NCBI GenBank assembly: GCA_000004985.1
Contig: GG738876.1
From: Naegleria gruberi
Lineage: Eukaryota
Direction: 5' to 3' (one strand)
DNA: 64,000 nucleotides
Shown: piece after piece, positions 23,301 through 33,974 of the stretch
How positions within the stretch are numbered: position 1 is the stretch's first letter
How the letters are laid out: every line of letters begins with the position of its first letter
Notes under the pieces: model-generated
What the model was told of the DNA's origin: nothing
The model's input: the letters and a program-made list of their open reading frames with translations, nothing else
Databases searched by the model: none
Translations under genes and position numbers: made by a program

Positions 23301-24251
23301 TCTGATATTACACTAGTATCAGAAAAACCATCTATTATTGGTATGCACGATTTGTTGAAAGACGATTTGCTGCTGGGAAAGAAAGGATGTATTGGGTCAT
23401 ATCTCGATTGGTGTGCCAATAATCTGGTTAGAGATTCACCTCAACCAGACAATTCAGAATGGTGCAGAATAGAATTGGGTGAAGCAAGGAGAAAGCAATT
23501 TGCCCCTCTACTTAGAAACAAGATTAACCAACTCTCCTCTCAGATGATTATTGATGAAGAGGAAGATGATTCTAGAGAAATCCAACTCACGAGCTATAAC
23601 AAGACTCTCAACTTGATTCTATTTGGTAATTCGTTTATTTCCAGTCAAAAGAGGAGAAAATCCAGAGCTCTTTCGATTGGCATAGTTAGATCTCCAACCT
23701 CCTCTCCATCAACACCATTATCTGAGGATTCTCCACGTAAAAAGAAGAAGAGTGATTCTGTTTCGAGTGGAACTGTTGTTATTTGTTTCCCAACTCATTC
23801 CTCTTTGGATGAATTTGTACGGGATATGGTTGAAGTTTCCAAAGATGAGCAAAAACCATTCAGTATTACTCCAGAATTTTACTTGTTGAAGAGTTTTGAT
23901 AGAGCTCTTTGGTTGAGAAATAATTTTGACAAGAATAAGATTTGTAGAGATTTGGACAATTCTAAACTCCCAACTCATGAATTTCTTGTTGGTGACAATA
24001 GAAAACGAATCATTCAAGGCAAAGACCCTCTTACCTCTCTAGATTATTTAGATGAATTATTGTACAATGATGAGGAAGATTCTGCTCTGGAATTGATTAA
24101 ATCACTCAAGAATGAACCAGCTAAAATCAGAATTTCAAATTCCAAGAACAATGGAAAGGCCAGTTTACCGACTATGAAATGTTTGTGCCCATTCGGTGAC
24201 CCTAGAAGAGAACTTCCCTTCATAGAAAATGCCACAATTCCAACTGATTAA
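20325..24251 (+). CDS. Large hypothetical protein of 1308 aa with an S/T/N-rich low-complexity N-terminal half
   Basis: An uninterrupted ORF of 3.9 kb. The C-terminal 700 aa are non-repetitive and have no motif I can assign. Confidence 0.5.
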   Translation: MTIIIKSMGNKATKFEPTPNNNHHEETPLSSLRKSSTTTNNNNNSTRSFRSNLSRANTNSLSRPGGLTSSRSQPTLVRFRENTTDDEDSSDEDEDKNRQNSETLKRKTPTGSSPAAVTDNSSSSSPSRSSVSSPAARNKRRSILLFLGRNNEDEQQQEQQQNGMQYLGNDIVMSDKVMDRSTELNESFLRQMKRRTLNLGSALFNRKLVSNNSPSSSSGRLQSPLTALNSSTVSVLAQMPLSDDDSDMEEETPKTPTNNRLSLVIENVPTVSSPNSSPTTNTMNYSGEQSVISSPLSGPNNKQLNSPGNRKSQLLLNLVMMGRKNVKNVESASESSGNLNQKTVVELIQMENENLSRTPPSPSGSSTNSSTSMNSIQMTFSQAQSNNKLPSPTPLHATTSSSNLTRQHSQLSSRRKSIGAFVFEPLRFNKISNHSISPNTNSITSSPNINNSNSKTTITNDVSTTNSPFSNSLHTLPTSTTRNTSPSTSTSIISSPNIVKNTSANNLLTINFPSHATLTPTTSQNSISPLSPRSPRSPIDRTLGESRIELRKKVFSVRLENKEGSNNSLVSLAFNGKAIDETNHSHHHEGVSDQEAAEIDHANLIDYKFHFLFSMSTTEGLIDKQLDLEDLENSSLSGTIETDSHRLNQSMIFLSSASNFHDRNSRKASYIKGLQTIFEKLYKTQMNLNESHVEDYEIHQQDRDTFKMTLMLGIPHLADKMIKSELDQVLQFNGEYETYVEKKRKEKRDLTIALQKMVPNTTEYEFTKGKIDNFLILKREEFFLAGSDVESSKVSSKDNSSNNLLIDTSNVFRIDRIDSTSNFISEKERVLIEQDQIKLKHPIKLFILFTTNNNQITNAPNVPGTFVNSKFFIKLLSKIGKITGLLPQFGFLHMSLIVSSMRFDWLDSELCVPKTKLKSMRAIACVEVGSVDNFSDLKKVTKIMGSKISFWNRNIHYCRGIGYHYNTSTVEEKANHQGSCHQFVFDLLDSLSSDITLVSEKPSIIGMHDLLKDDLLLGKKGCIGSYLDWCANNLVRDSPQPDNSEWCRIELGEARRKQFAPLLRNKINQLSSQMIIDEEEDDSREIQLTSYNKTLNLILFGNSFISSQKRRKSRALSIGIVRSPTSSPSTPLSEDSPRKKKKSDSVSSGTVVICFPTHSSLDEFVRDMVEVSKDEQKPFSITPEFYLLKSFDRALWLRNNFDKNKICRDLDNSKLPTHEFLVGDNRKRIIQGKDPLTSLDYLDELLYNDEEDSALELIKSLKNEPAKIRISNSKNNGKASLPTMKCLCPFGDPRRELPFIENATIPTD

Positions 24252-24306
24252 TAATTTAGTCTAAAATTTACAAGTAATGATCCAATAAAATAGAAAGCTC
24301 TAAAAT

Positions 24307-25611
24307 TTATACTCTACTAAGCCAAATATCACTCTTACCAACTCCATTGATAATAAATCTGGCTATTTGATCGTAGGTTGGATTGATAAAGGTTTGGGAA
24401 GGAGCTCTCTTAACGAAAAATCCCCAAACATAACGAGGCTCTTCCAAAACTGTTATTTTGTTAAAACCTGCTTTCATCAAAGCTCCCAAAACATTCAAAG
24501 TATATCTGGTAATTTCCACAACAGTATTATCAACGAGTGGGAGTAATTGTTTACCACCTTCAATCACAGATCCTTCATTTCCTTCAACATCAATTTTAAG
24601 AATTGTAATTCTCTTCTGTTTTTTAATGTGCTCACTGAATGCATCATCCAAGGATACTGATAATATTTGATCATTTGAAACTGTAGTACTCTCAAATGCA
24701 TAGGCAGATCCCTTATTTTGATCATCTCCATATCCAAATGAGAATGATTTACCAGAAACCTATATTACATCCAAAATTTAATTTCCACATTGCAAAATGT
24801 TAAATAATTGTGAATAAATAGATGAATTATTGCTAAAACTTACACTAGTTACAGCATTATTATGGACTTGAATATTCTTAAATCCATTAATTGTAGCAGA
24901 AGCTTTAATTCTCTCAACCATTTCAGGTTGAACTTCAAAAGTAGAAACTTGACATCCATAAGCTGCACTCAACAAGGAGAAGAATCCTAAATTTCCACCC
25001 ACATCAATCATATTACACTCAACATTTGGTTTCTTGAATACGTCATCCAACACTTCCTCAAATGTTTTTTCAATAGCACTTTCCCACCATCCTCTACGAA
25101 CTAATTGATTAGAAATCCAAACATCACTCTTCGGAGATAGTGTCAAAATCAAGAATGAAGGATTTGTATTCGTCTTGACCAAATACAAACTCTCCTTATT
25201 CTTATTAGCATAGACTGGACCTGCCATCTCTACGGCCCAATCAGGTCCATTATACACATAAATAAACCATCTCAATATGAACAAAATTATAAAAACAATT
25301 AATAGGAGAATGAATAATCCCTTTCGAGTACAGAGCAAACTTCTCAACATGCCTCCAATCCTACGCGGAAGTGTTGATGTTTTAATTTGATCGTATTGTC
25401 TTGTTGATGATGATGATACTGATGAAAAACTCTCGGAACGTTGTGTTGATGATGACGGCATATTCTTTTCAATATCGAAAAGTTCATCACCGACATGTTG
25501 TTGTTGTTGTTTGGAGTGATTCTCATCATCCGTATTGGTGTAATTATTCTGATGAGGAGGGTTGTTGTTGGATGATGATGGGGTGATGGTAGAGTTTCGT
25601 TGTTGCAACAT
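24307..25611 (-). CDS. FkbM-family methyltransferase, type II membrane protein. Exons are 24834-25611 and 24307-24749. Intron 24750-24833 is 84 nt with a GTAAGT donor and a TAG acceptor.
   Basis: The FkbM hallmark motifs are present: IDVGGNLGFFSLLSA (SAM-binding) and ILKIDVEGNEGSVIEGG. An N-terminal cytoplasmic N-rich tail is followed by a single TM (LFILLLIVFIILFILRWFIYVY). Splicing joins ...NNAVTSV to VSGKSFSFGYG... in phase 0. Confidence 0.6.
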
Positions 25612-25746
25612 TTTTTTGTCTTTTGAAATGTTGGTGGATTACAAAATTGATCAGTGATTTGAAAAAGAAAAGAATGTTTTAAATCAGGATAGGTTGATCA
25701 GTTTTCATAAAATTGGTTTAAGGGAGATAAGTGAAAAAACAATGTT

Positions 25747-25819
25747 TGGAGATGCGGGGTATCGATCCCCGTACCTCTTCCATGCTAAAGAAGCGCTCTA
25801 CCATGTGAGCTACATCCCC
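25747..25819 (-). tRNA. tRNA-Ala (anticodon AGC)
   Basis: The reverse complement is GGGGATGTAGCTCACATGGTAGAGCGCTTCTTTAGCATGGAAGAGGTACGGGGATCGATACCCCGCATCTCCA. The acceptor stem has a G3:U70 wobble pair, which is the alanine identity element. The anticodon loop is CTTAGCA. Confidence 0.85.
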
Positions 25820-25887
25820 TTACATTCATTTTGCAAAAAAAGAACAAAATAGACTTGTTGCCTTAATAAATTACCTTTTGTTTTTTA

Positions 25888-26987
25888 TTAATATACACTG
25901 ATGGAGTTGATAATTTCAATGATTAGATTCTCAATTTTATAACCTAGTTGAGAAATGTCAGATGAGCTGCTCAATCTCTTTCTATATTCAATAATACACA
26001 TTCTATTACTCTTTCTTGGATCAATTCTGAATGAAGCCATTGAAATAAACATGTGCAAACCTTCTCTAGAGGTGAATGTCCACTTATCAATTGTACTTCT
26101 ATCAGAGAGACACTCATTCGATATCTGACTCTGAATATCTTTAGAGCGAGCAATGTTTTTGCAAGATCCATTCGAATCCTCATCCATTTCTCTTTTCAAT
26201 TCAACCACTTTACTATCTTCATTCACAATCATGATATTGAAAATGTCATACTCCAATGAGGCATCTTTCTTTGAGATAACCTCAAATGTGTTGGAGCATC
26301 CAGATGCTGTTGCACAATGTTCCAACATGTGAAAATTGGAAGGAAGCATAAAGTTGTATCCACTAATGGCATGCATTTCCATGGATGCTTGGTTTCTCTT
26401 TCGAAGTGATTTAGTTGGAGCTGATGTTTCATTGAGTGAGAGAGTGAAATGTACTTGGCATGCATTCAATGGTGCTGATGTTGATGCTTTCCTATTACAT
26501 GATGTAGATGGAGTGAGACCTAATAATTGGTCAAGAACAATTCCCTTATCACTTGATGCAGATGGAAATAAATCATTCATGGAGAATGTCATCATTCCCT
26601 CAAACATGTTCTCATTCTAATGCATCATCAAATTTTGAAACGAATTAACACATGTGAAAAACTATTTTTGAAATAACTACTTACTTTTTTGATAAACATT
26701 TTGGTGCATTCCTTGTAAAGTGCAATTGATATGGAATGTGAATGATTTCCTTTGAGAAAGACTTGATATTTAGTCTGAATAGGAACCTTCTCTTCATGAA
26801 CAGGCGAATTGACCAAGTTCATCTTTCCAAACTGTTCCAACGAATAGTTCCACACATGAATCGAGTCCACACAAATCTCCAACTGATACGGTTTCATATC
26901 AAAACTCCAATTCCTACCCTTGAACATTCTCTTATCCATGAATTGCAACACCAATGAATGAACATTAATATTCAACATGTTGTTCAA
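25888..26987 (-). CDS. Hypothetical protein with two exons (about 26628-26987 and 25888-26607)
   Basis: Two adjacent same-strand ORFs are separated by about 20 nt, which is consistent with a short intron. No family is recognised. Confidence 0.3.
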
Positions 26988-27194
26988 TTATTATTCAGTT
27001 GTTGCTTTCTTTTTTTTTGAAAAGATAACTGAATGAATGGAATGCACATGTGTTCCAATGGATAACACATTTTGCTAGCATGGGAATACATCATTTTGGC
27101 AGATTGTCCAAATGTGGAAGTTGCATTTTTCAATACAATGACCAAATATTCACAGACATGGACAAATGGTGGCGTTGAGAGATACTGCTTCCAT

Positions 27195-28130
27195 TCATGG
27201 AAATTTGAATTTCTTCAAGTGAATTTTCAAGCCATGGATGCATGTTACATCAATATCTTCTTCCTTAAACTCCTCTTCTTTCTGTATTAAGGTTTCATGT
27301 TGTTTTGTTTTCTCCTCCGCATTGCCATCCCTATTACTCACATGATGTTGTAATTGATGATGTTCATGATGATGAGTATTCACCATTGGATTGATAGAGT
27401 ATTTTCTCCTATGAAAATCAATGCTATTACTTGTAAATATGTTAGTGGATTGAAAGTTGACATAACTTGCATGCAATAAACCTTCCTCTGATGCTGATAT
27501 GAATGGTAAAGATGAGGAAGGTATCTCCTCTCGTACTGGTTCTTGTACAGTAGAAGCAGCAGTTGCAGTAGCTGAAGATGCCTCAACATCCTCTGTACTA
27601 CTACAGGAGTATAGCAGAGGAGAGGATCCATCATACTGACTCTCACTGAGTGTATTGGTGGAAGAGTATTTGCTGTTTGATGTGGAGGATGAGGTCTTGG
27701 TGGCTATAGATGCATCCTCTATGGAAATAGATTCGGATGATGTCTGAACATGTGGTTCATTCACAACTTGGACTCCAGGAGATGCACTATGAAACCCTAG
27801 GACCATTTGTTTCTTGGAAGAGGATGCTTGTTCAACATTCTCTAAAGTAGCATTCATCTCGTAATGATTAGTGGAATCATCATCTTGTTGGTCTGTAATG
27901 TCTTTTTGAATAACATTCTCTTGATGTTCAGGAGTATTAATTGATGCAATTGTTTCAAACATAAGGAAGGATGAGAATCGACTGACCACTTGTCTGCCGA
28001 AACTCGATAAACCAAACACCAAGAGCAGCATGATTGAGCAAACTCCCTTAATAAACCTCTCTATCCAAACTATCATGTAAATATGTAAAAAATTGATGTG
28101 ATGATTGTTATAAGTGAAGATATTGAACAA
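27195..28130 (-). CDS. Hypothetical S-rich protein with an N-terminal TM or signal-anchor
   Basis: A 311-aa ORF with a His-rich C-terminus. Confidence 0.3.
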   Translation of the reverse strand: MFNIFTYNNHHINFLHIYMIVWIERFIKGVCSIMLLLVFGLSSFGRQVVSRFSSFLMFETIASINTPEHQENVIQKDITDQQDDDSTNHYEMNATLENVEQASSSKKQMVLGFHSASPGVQVVNEPHVQTSSESISIEDASIATKTSSSTSNSKYSSTNTLSESQYDGSSPLLYSCSSTEDVEASSATATAASTVQEPVREEIPSSSLPFISASEEGLLHASYVNFQSTNIFTSNSIDFHRRKYSINPMVNTHHHEHHQLQHHVSNRDGNAEEKTKQHETLIQKEEEFKEEDIDVTCIHGLKIHLKKFKFP

Positions 28131-28966
28131 TCAAGTTGAAGAAAAGAGAGAGTGCGTTGATACTTTTTTAAATACACACTTGTGTGTGAAACAGAATATT
28201 GCGTGTCGTTGTTGATAATCTCGTTTTGTGTCTGTGTGTTGTGGTGTGAGAATTTAACAACCAACAACAACAACCAACTGTTTATGTACAATATGAGACT
28301 GTAAATGCATCATCTTATCAGCATCACACGAAATGGAGACCTTTGAGGGATTATTTGTTAATCATCCTCAAAGTGAAAATACGAATGGCGAAAGCATGAA
28401 TTAATTGGATTCAAAGAAAACATGCAGGGATCATGGCAAGTATATTTGGCAAGTCAAACGCCTTAAAATGTATAAAACAACTTTCCAAAAAAGCATCCCC
28501 TTACTTGCCTTAATAAATTATCTGACCTATCTAACACACTCGGGCTAATAAATTGTATCACCCTTCGCATTCCAATTTGTTATAGCATACATGAAATCCA
28601 TATTGAAACAACAAGCTTATATTTGATGACGAGATTCGGTCATTCGTTTACTTTATACTTTATAGGCGGGTGTTTGATTTTGGATCATGAAATTATCTAA
28701 TAAAGGTTGAATAATTTCCCAATTCATCAATTCATTCATTTCAATAATTATTTGTAGACCTGAAGAAGAATCTACAGCAAGAGAGTGTGATCTTTGACAT
28801 TTTCACATGTAGAGCAATTGGTATTCCTTAAATTTTCTCACATTTGTGAAATTAGAAGAAGAAGATTAACCTATTTCTTTAATCAATTCTATCAATTTAA
28901 TCAGTAATAATCTCAAAGATTATCAATTTCAAATTTTCTAAATTTTGATTAAAGTGTTTAAAAAAA

Positions 28967-30418
28967 ATGGAAATTGCTCATCAAGAAGCGCTCAATGTTG
29001 CTAATTTTCTCGTCATTGATGATATTATTTATGAGGTAATGACCTTTTTACATTCGGAATTTATCATTCGGAATTGTTTGATGGTTTCTAGGCAGTGGTA
29101 TGGTGTGGTGAGGAGAGTTTCTTTAGAATTGAATATTAAAAATTCTGATCAATTAAATTTATTAATTGATGGCTATGATGATGGACTGAATCCAAGAATG
29201 GGTCGATTAAATATTCTGCCACAAGTGAATAGGTTTATTTATGAGTATTATTCAAAACTTGGAAAGGATTTGGTGAGGAAAATAACAAATTCGATGAAGA
29301 ATTTGAGAGAATTGGTACTTGTTGGAGTTGAGTTAGAAATTGATGATGTTAAATGCTTGGTAAATAGTCAATTGACCAGTTTGGATGTTTGCGACAATAG
29401 TATTGGAGATGAAGGGGTTACTCTAATAGCTAATTCATTAAAGCAATTAACAAAATTAGGAATTGGACAAGTAGGAGTTGGAGATGAAGGTGTTAGACAG
29501 TTAGAAAAATTAACTCAACTTACAGAACTCGATGCTAGTTGTAACGATTTCACAATATCTGTTCTTGTACAGGTTATAGATAACTCTCTGAAGCAATTGA
29601 AAACACTTTCAGTTTATTCATGTAACATAGAAGATGAGCATATGAAAGATATTACCACTCTCTCCCAGTTGACATCCCTCTCGGTCGGTATCAATAGAAT
29701 AACCGGAAATTCATTGAAACTTATAGGATATTCAATGAAGGACTTAACATATTTGGAAGTTGCAAATAATGAAATTGGAGATGCAGGTACTGAATACCTT
29801 TGTAATTTGAAAAAATTGAAGGAGCTCAGTATTTCCTCAAACAAGATTAGCCAGTTAGGATTTGAACATATAAAATCCATGGACCAGTTGAGAATACTTC
29901 AATGCAATAACACCAACATAATGAACCAAGTATCTACAATGTCTCATTTGGAAACACTAGTCGTTATTAGCGATTGCAAAATTAATATTGAAATATTTGA
30001 AAGCATGAGCAAGAATATGAAAAGCTTGACGAAATTAAATCTATACAAAAATGCTATCAATGACATGGACTTTGTGAGGTTTATTGCTTCTATTCAGCAT
30101 TTACGTGAGCTGCACCTCGAAAGCTGTTCTATTAACGATAATTCAGTAGAAATTATTAGCTCAATCCAAAATTTAAGAGGTTTATTTGTCCCTTCAAATG
30201 ACATTACAGATGGCGGTGTAAAGCATTTAACAAAATTGACCAGTCTCAGAGAGCTGGACATTTACTGTAATCCTATTGGCCTTGAAGGTGTGAAAATTAT
30301 TAGTTCAGGATTAAAAGGATTGACCTCACTAACCATTAGCAAGAAAGATATTGGAGAAAGGGGACAATATTTGATTCGTTTAATGAATTTGGATACACTT
30401 ACTTATGTGGATAAATGA
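28967..30418 (+). CDS. F-box and RNI-type leucine-rich-repeat protein
   Basis: An F-box-like N-terminus is present (IYEVMTFLHSEFIIRNCLMVSRQWYGVV). Repeated 24-28-aa LRRs follow, of the form LTxLDVCDNSIGDEGVTLIANSLKQLTKL, the ribonuclease-inhibitor type. Confidence 0.55.
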   Translation: MEIAHQEALNVANFLVIDDIIYEVMTFLHSEFIIRNCLMVSRQWYGVVRRVSLELNIKNSDQLNLLIDGYDDGLNPRMGRLNILPQVNRFIYEYYSKLGKDLVRKITNSMKNLRELVLVGVELEIDDVKCLVNSQLTSLDVCDNSIGDEGVTLIANSLKQLTKLGIGQVGVGDEGVRQLEKLTQLTELDASCNDFTISVLVQVIDNSLKQLKTLSVYSCNIEDEHMKDITTLSQLTSLSVGINRITGNSLKLIGYSMKDLTYLEVANNEIGDAGTEYLCNLKKLKELSISSNKISQLGFEHIKSMDQLRILQCNNTNIMNQVSTMSHLETLVVISDCKINIEIFESMSKNMKSLTKLNLYKNAINDMDFVRFIASIQHLRELHLESCSINDNSVEIISSIQNLRGLFVPSNDITDGGVKHLTKLTSLRELDIYCNPIGLEGVKIISSGLKGLTSLTISKKDIGERGQYLIRLMNLDTLTYVDK

Positions 30419-31440
30419 AAAACAAATTGTAAGATGTAGTTTAATGAGCTGGACTAGTGGCAAAACTATTTATTTTGGAAACATTTCACAAAAAATGGGA
30501 AACAATTCTCAAATCTTGAAGTGAGGTATAGCAAACATTTTGATGAATCAGATGATGATTATGAAACCTCTCTTAAATATTAGTAAGAACCAACTTTTAA
30601 TTTTCCTTGCCATTGGTGAATAGAAAGTTCTTGAAGATTCTTCTAACTTTCTTTGAAACATAGTAAATAGTTGAATTGGTAGCATGTTTTATCCAATACA
30701 GCATTCTCTTAATGTTGCACTTTTCTGCAATGGTAGCATACAGCATGAGATTGTGGCATAGCTCATTTGTGCAAGGAGATTCATCCATGATTTTAAGGTC
30801 TGCCCTTCATTGAATCTTCCCAAATCTATGCCAGCAAAATGACACAAATAGTCCAACATGAATGTTTTGACATTATTTTCAACTCAAAGTTTGGCGAAAC
30901 ATTTGTCGAATAATTTTTGAAAGATGTATGTTTTAATTCGGAAAATTTTAAATCTACATGTGTCCAGTTTACAAAAGATTTCAAGTACCAACTCTATAAA
31001 TTTCACTACTCATCAATTTCTTCCGCTGTTTTGCTTTCTTTTCCTGCAAATCTTCAGCAAATTCAAAAAAATCGGAACGAGTGCAAATAATTAGCAAATC
31101 AGAAAATTTCCCAAATTTGAAATTTTCTTCTTCCTCTTCTTGAACTTGCTGAAATAATTTGGTTTTAAATTGAAATTTGGAGTACATTTCCAACATTTCG
31201 GTGAAATAAATTGGTGCACTTCCTATGCAAATATGAACAATTGGTCTCATTTTTTTTTAATATTTAATTAAATTAAATATTTAAGTAGTATAATTTTGTT
31301 GTAAAGTATTGCTGCTTCAATTTAGCTCAACACATGTCCAAGCGCGTATTAATTCATTTTCATAAAATTCTATTACAATAAAATAATTAATACGTACTTC
31401 AAATTCTTAAAATGTAAGATCAACAACATTTCAAAAAAAA

Positions 31441-32610
31441 ATGAAAGCACAAGTCATTAATGATTATCTACAACCTTCTGAATTTAAATCTGATTGGGAA
31501 TTGCCAACATTCGATCCAAAGAGTGACCAAGTGATGGTTCGAATGAAATCATCTTCCATGAATCGTGGCGATTACACAATTAGAAGTGGAGCAGTCAAGA
31601 CTTTTGTTTCCTTAAAGTTTCCATATATTTTGGGAAAGGAAGGCAGTGGTATTGTGGAGAGAGTTGGAGAGAAGGTAAAATCAATTCAGATTGGTGAGCA
31701 AGTTGCTGGAATTTTTGGTGAGGTCACTAAAAATGGAACATTTGCAGAGTTTGCAGTTTTTAAAGAGAAGGAATTGGTTAGAAAACCTGATTGTCTGGAT
31801 TTTGATCAAGCTTCGATAATGCCTGCTATTGGAATGGCTATTGTGGAAATGTGTCGATCACATGATTGGATTTTACCAATTATTGAAAGAGAGGCAGATA
31901 GAATTGCCAATGGTCAAGGGCTGACACCAGAATATGATGAATCTGAAAAGAAATCCATGACCATTGTTGTGATTGGAGCTAGTTCAGGAACTGGATGTAT
32001 GGCAGTCTTGTTTGCCAAGAACTTTTTAACTAGATATTTTCATATCAAAGTAATTGCAGTGTGCTCTGAGAGGAATGTATCAGTTGTGAAACAACTTGGT
32101 GCAGATGGAGTAATTGACTACACCAAGACAAGTGCAGCATTGGGAAATAATACCTATCACTCAGGAGATGAAAAATTGAGTATTTTCCAAACTCTTAAAA
32201 AGGATTTCAATATTGATTTTGTAGATATGATTATGGACTGTGTTGGAGGATACTATTACTATGACGATTTAACTAGACACTTGAAATGTCTGAGTGATGA
32301 TGGACGCAGAACATATCATGTAGCAATAGCTCCACCAGGACCTCTAGAAGTTACATTCTCAAGCATTCCTTCCATTCTGTGGTATATTGTCAAGAATAAG
32401 GCAAAGAGTTGGTGGTCAGCTCAGAATCCGTATTATTTCTTCTTTTCCACCAGTCCAGATAATCCAAGAATATTGAAATTTCTCTCAAGTGAACAAGTGT
32501 GTCCAATCTTTACAAAGATTCCAATCACTAAATTTACATTAGAAGATATCCAGGTAAGTAATACTAGTAGAATACACAGTTTTGTTACAAATACTATAAT
32601 AGAGAGCTGA
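31441..32610 (+). CDS. MDR-superfamily (zinc-type alcohol dehydrogenase or quinone oxidoreductase-like) NAD(P)-dependent oxidoreductase
   Basis: A GroES-like N-terminal domain is present (VMVRMKSSSMNRGDYTIRSGA...GKEGSGIVERVGEKV). The Rossmann GxxGxxG region is VVIGASSGTGCMAVLFAK. The protein is paralogous to 61583-62761. Confidence 0.6.
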   Translation: MKAQVINDYLQPSEFKSDWELPTFDPKSDQVMVRMKSSSMNRGDYTIRSGAVKTFVSLKFPYILGKEGSGIVERVGEKVKSIQIGEQVAGIFGEVTKNGTFAEFAVFKEKELVRKPDCLDFDQASIMPAIGMAIVEMCRSHDWILPIIEREADRIANGQGLTPEYDESEKKSMTIVVIGASSGTGCMAVLFAKNFLTRYFHIKVIAVCSERNVSVVKQLGADGVIDYTKTSAALGNNTYHSGDEKLSIFQTLKKDFNIDFVDMIMDCVGGYYYYDDLTRHLKCLSDDGRRTYHVAIAPPGPLEVTFSSIPSILWYIVKNKAKSWWSAQNPYYFFFSTSPDNPRILKFLSSEQVCPIFTKIPITKFTLEDIQVSNTSRIHSFVTNTIIES

Positions 32611-32824
32611 TGAGTTGATGGAATCACAACGAACAGTTGGTAAAATTGTTATAAACATGTAGTATTTCGACCCATCCTGATAAAATCAATTCAAATCTTG
32701 ATGATTGAAATCTATGTATTTTGATTCACATTTGTTATCTTCCTCTTTCCTGATGATACAAAGCTTGGTGTGCACAATTTATTGCTTTTCAAATGAAATT
32801 GACAACCTTATTGGAGTAGCATGA

Positions 32825-33882
32825 TTACAAGTTATGCTTCTTGAAAGCTTCATATCCCTCAACGAATGCTTGAATTGCATCTTGTTTTCTTTGTTGATAT
32901 GTGGTTTCGTCTTCATTATGTCCCTTCATTGGAATGTAACTGAAATCGGAAAATGAATACATGTACATTTCGTGCCCTGTTTTGAAAGCATATCTTCCAA
33001 GTATTGGTTGGGCACAAACCTTTCTAAAGAATTCCTCACCCTTTGAAATTATTTCACACATTGCATACAAGCCTGAATCGTCTGAAATATTTCATATTCA
33101 TAATTAGGAACAAATATAAACAATAACATACCCTCAAAATAGATCCCAAAAGCATCCTTTCCACTTACGTATAATTTGTGCTGAGCGTTTCTAAATTGAC
33201 TTGCAATCTTATCAATTTGGTCAAGCAAACAATTCTCCACAATTATTTCAAAGACCTTATCTTCATCTGTATTAGATGCCTCAACAATCCACCAGAACAA
33301 TCTCTCCTCATGTCTAGTTATAAACCTCCTCCTCAACAACTTGATCTTCAAGCCATAAAACTCATTCAAATACTCTAATCTCTTGGTGTAGATTGGAAAC
33401 TCCTCTCTCATAGCCTTCTCATACCTTCTATCCTCCACTGATAATAGATAGCACTTCTTGGAGACTAATTGACTTCTTTGCAATGACTCTACATCAAGGA
33501 AATCGAATATGAGTGAAAGCAACTCATCCGGACACTCTACACCATTCAATTGAATCATTCCTATATGTGGCTCCTTTACCAATGATGATGACAATGTAGT
33601 AGAAGAAGAATCTGAATTTGGTTGCTCTTTTACAAGCTTTCCCTTCGACAAAGCCTCATCCAACAAGGCTACAAGTTTCATTTGTTCTTGATCGAGCTTG
33701 GGACGTTTAGCTTGCTTTGATTTTGAGCTTTCTTTTCTTTTCATTTTTTTTGACTTTTTGAGGATGTTTGTACCATGGTTGAAATTTAGGCTTTGGGTTG
33801 AATGAAAACAAAGGCTTTGAATGTCAACAATCAAGTTTTGAAAAAATTGAGAGTGCTTTGTAATACATTTTTGTATGAACAT
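32825..33882 (-). CDS. F-box protein. Exons are 33131-33882 and 32825-33080. Intron 33081-33130 is 50 nt with a GTATGT donor and a TTTCAG acceptor.
   Basis: F-box motif CPDELLSLIFDFLDVESLQRSQLVSKKCYLLS is present. Splicing in phase 1 joins ...GIYFEG to DDSGLYAMCEIISKGEEFF... in the frame of the downstream ORF. Confidence 0.5.
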
Positions 33883-33974
33883 TGTTCACAAGTAGTGGAA
33901 CTTAGTGCCATTCATTGTCTTTTCAAAATTGCTTACTCTCCAATCTTTAATATTTCTCATCCAACTCTTTTCCA

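Noticed and set aside
30420-31440. Small ORFs at 30597-30788 and 30981-31250 in an apparent 1-kb intergenic region
   Set aside because: No recognisable motifs or splice-restored continuity were found. A small real gene is possible but unsupported from sequence alone.
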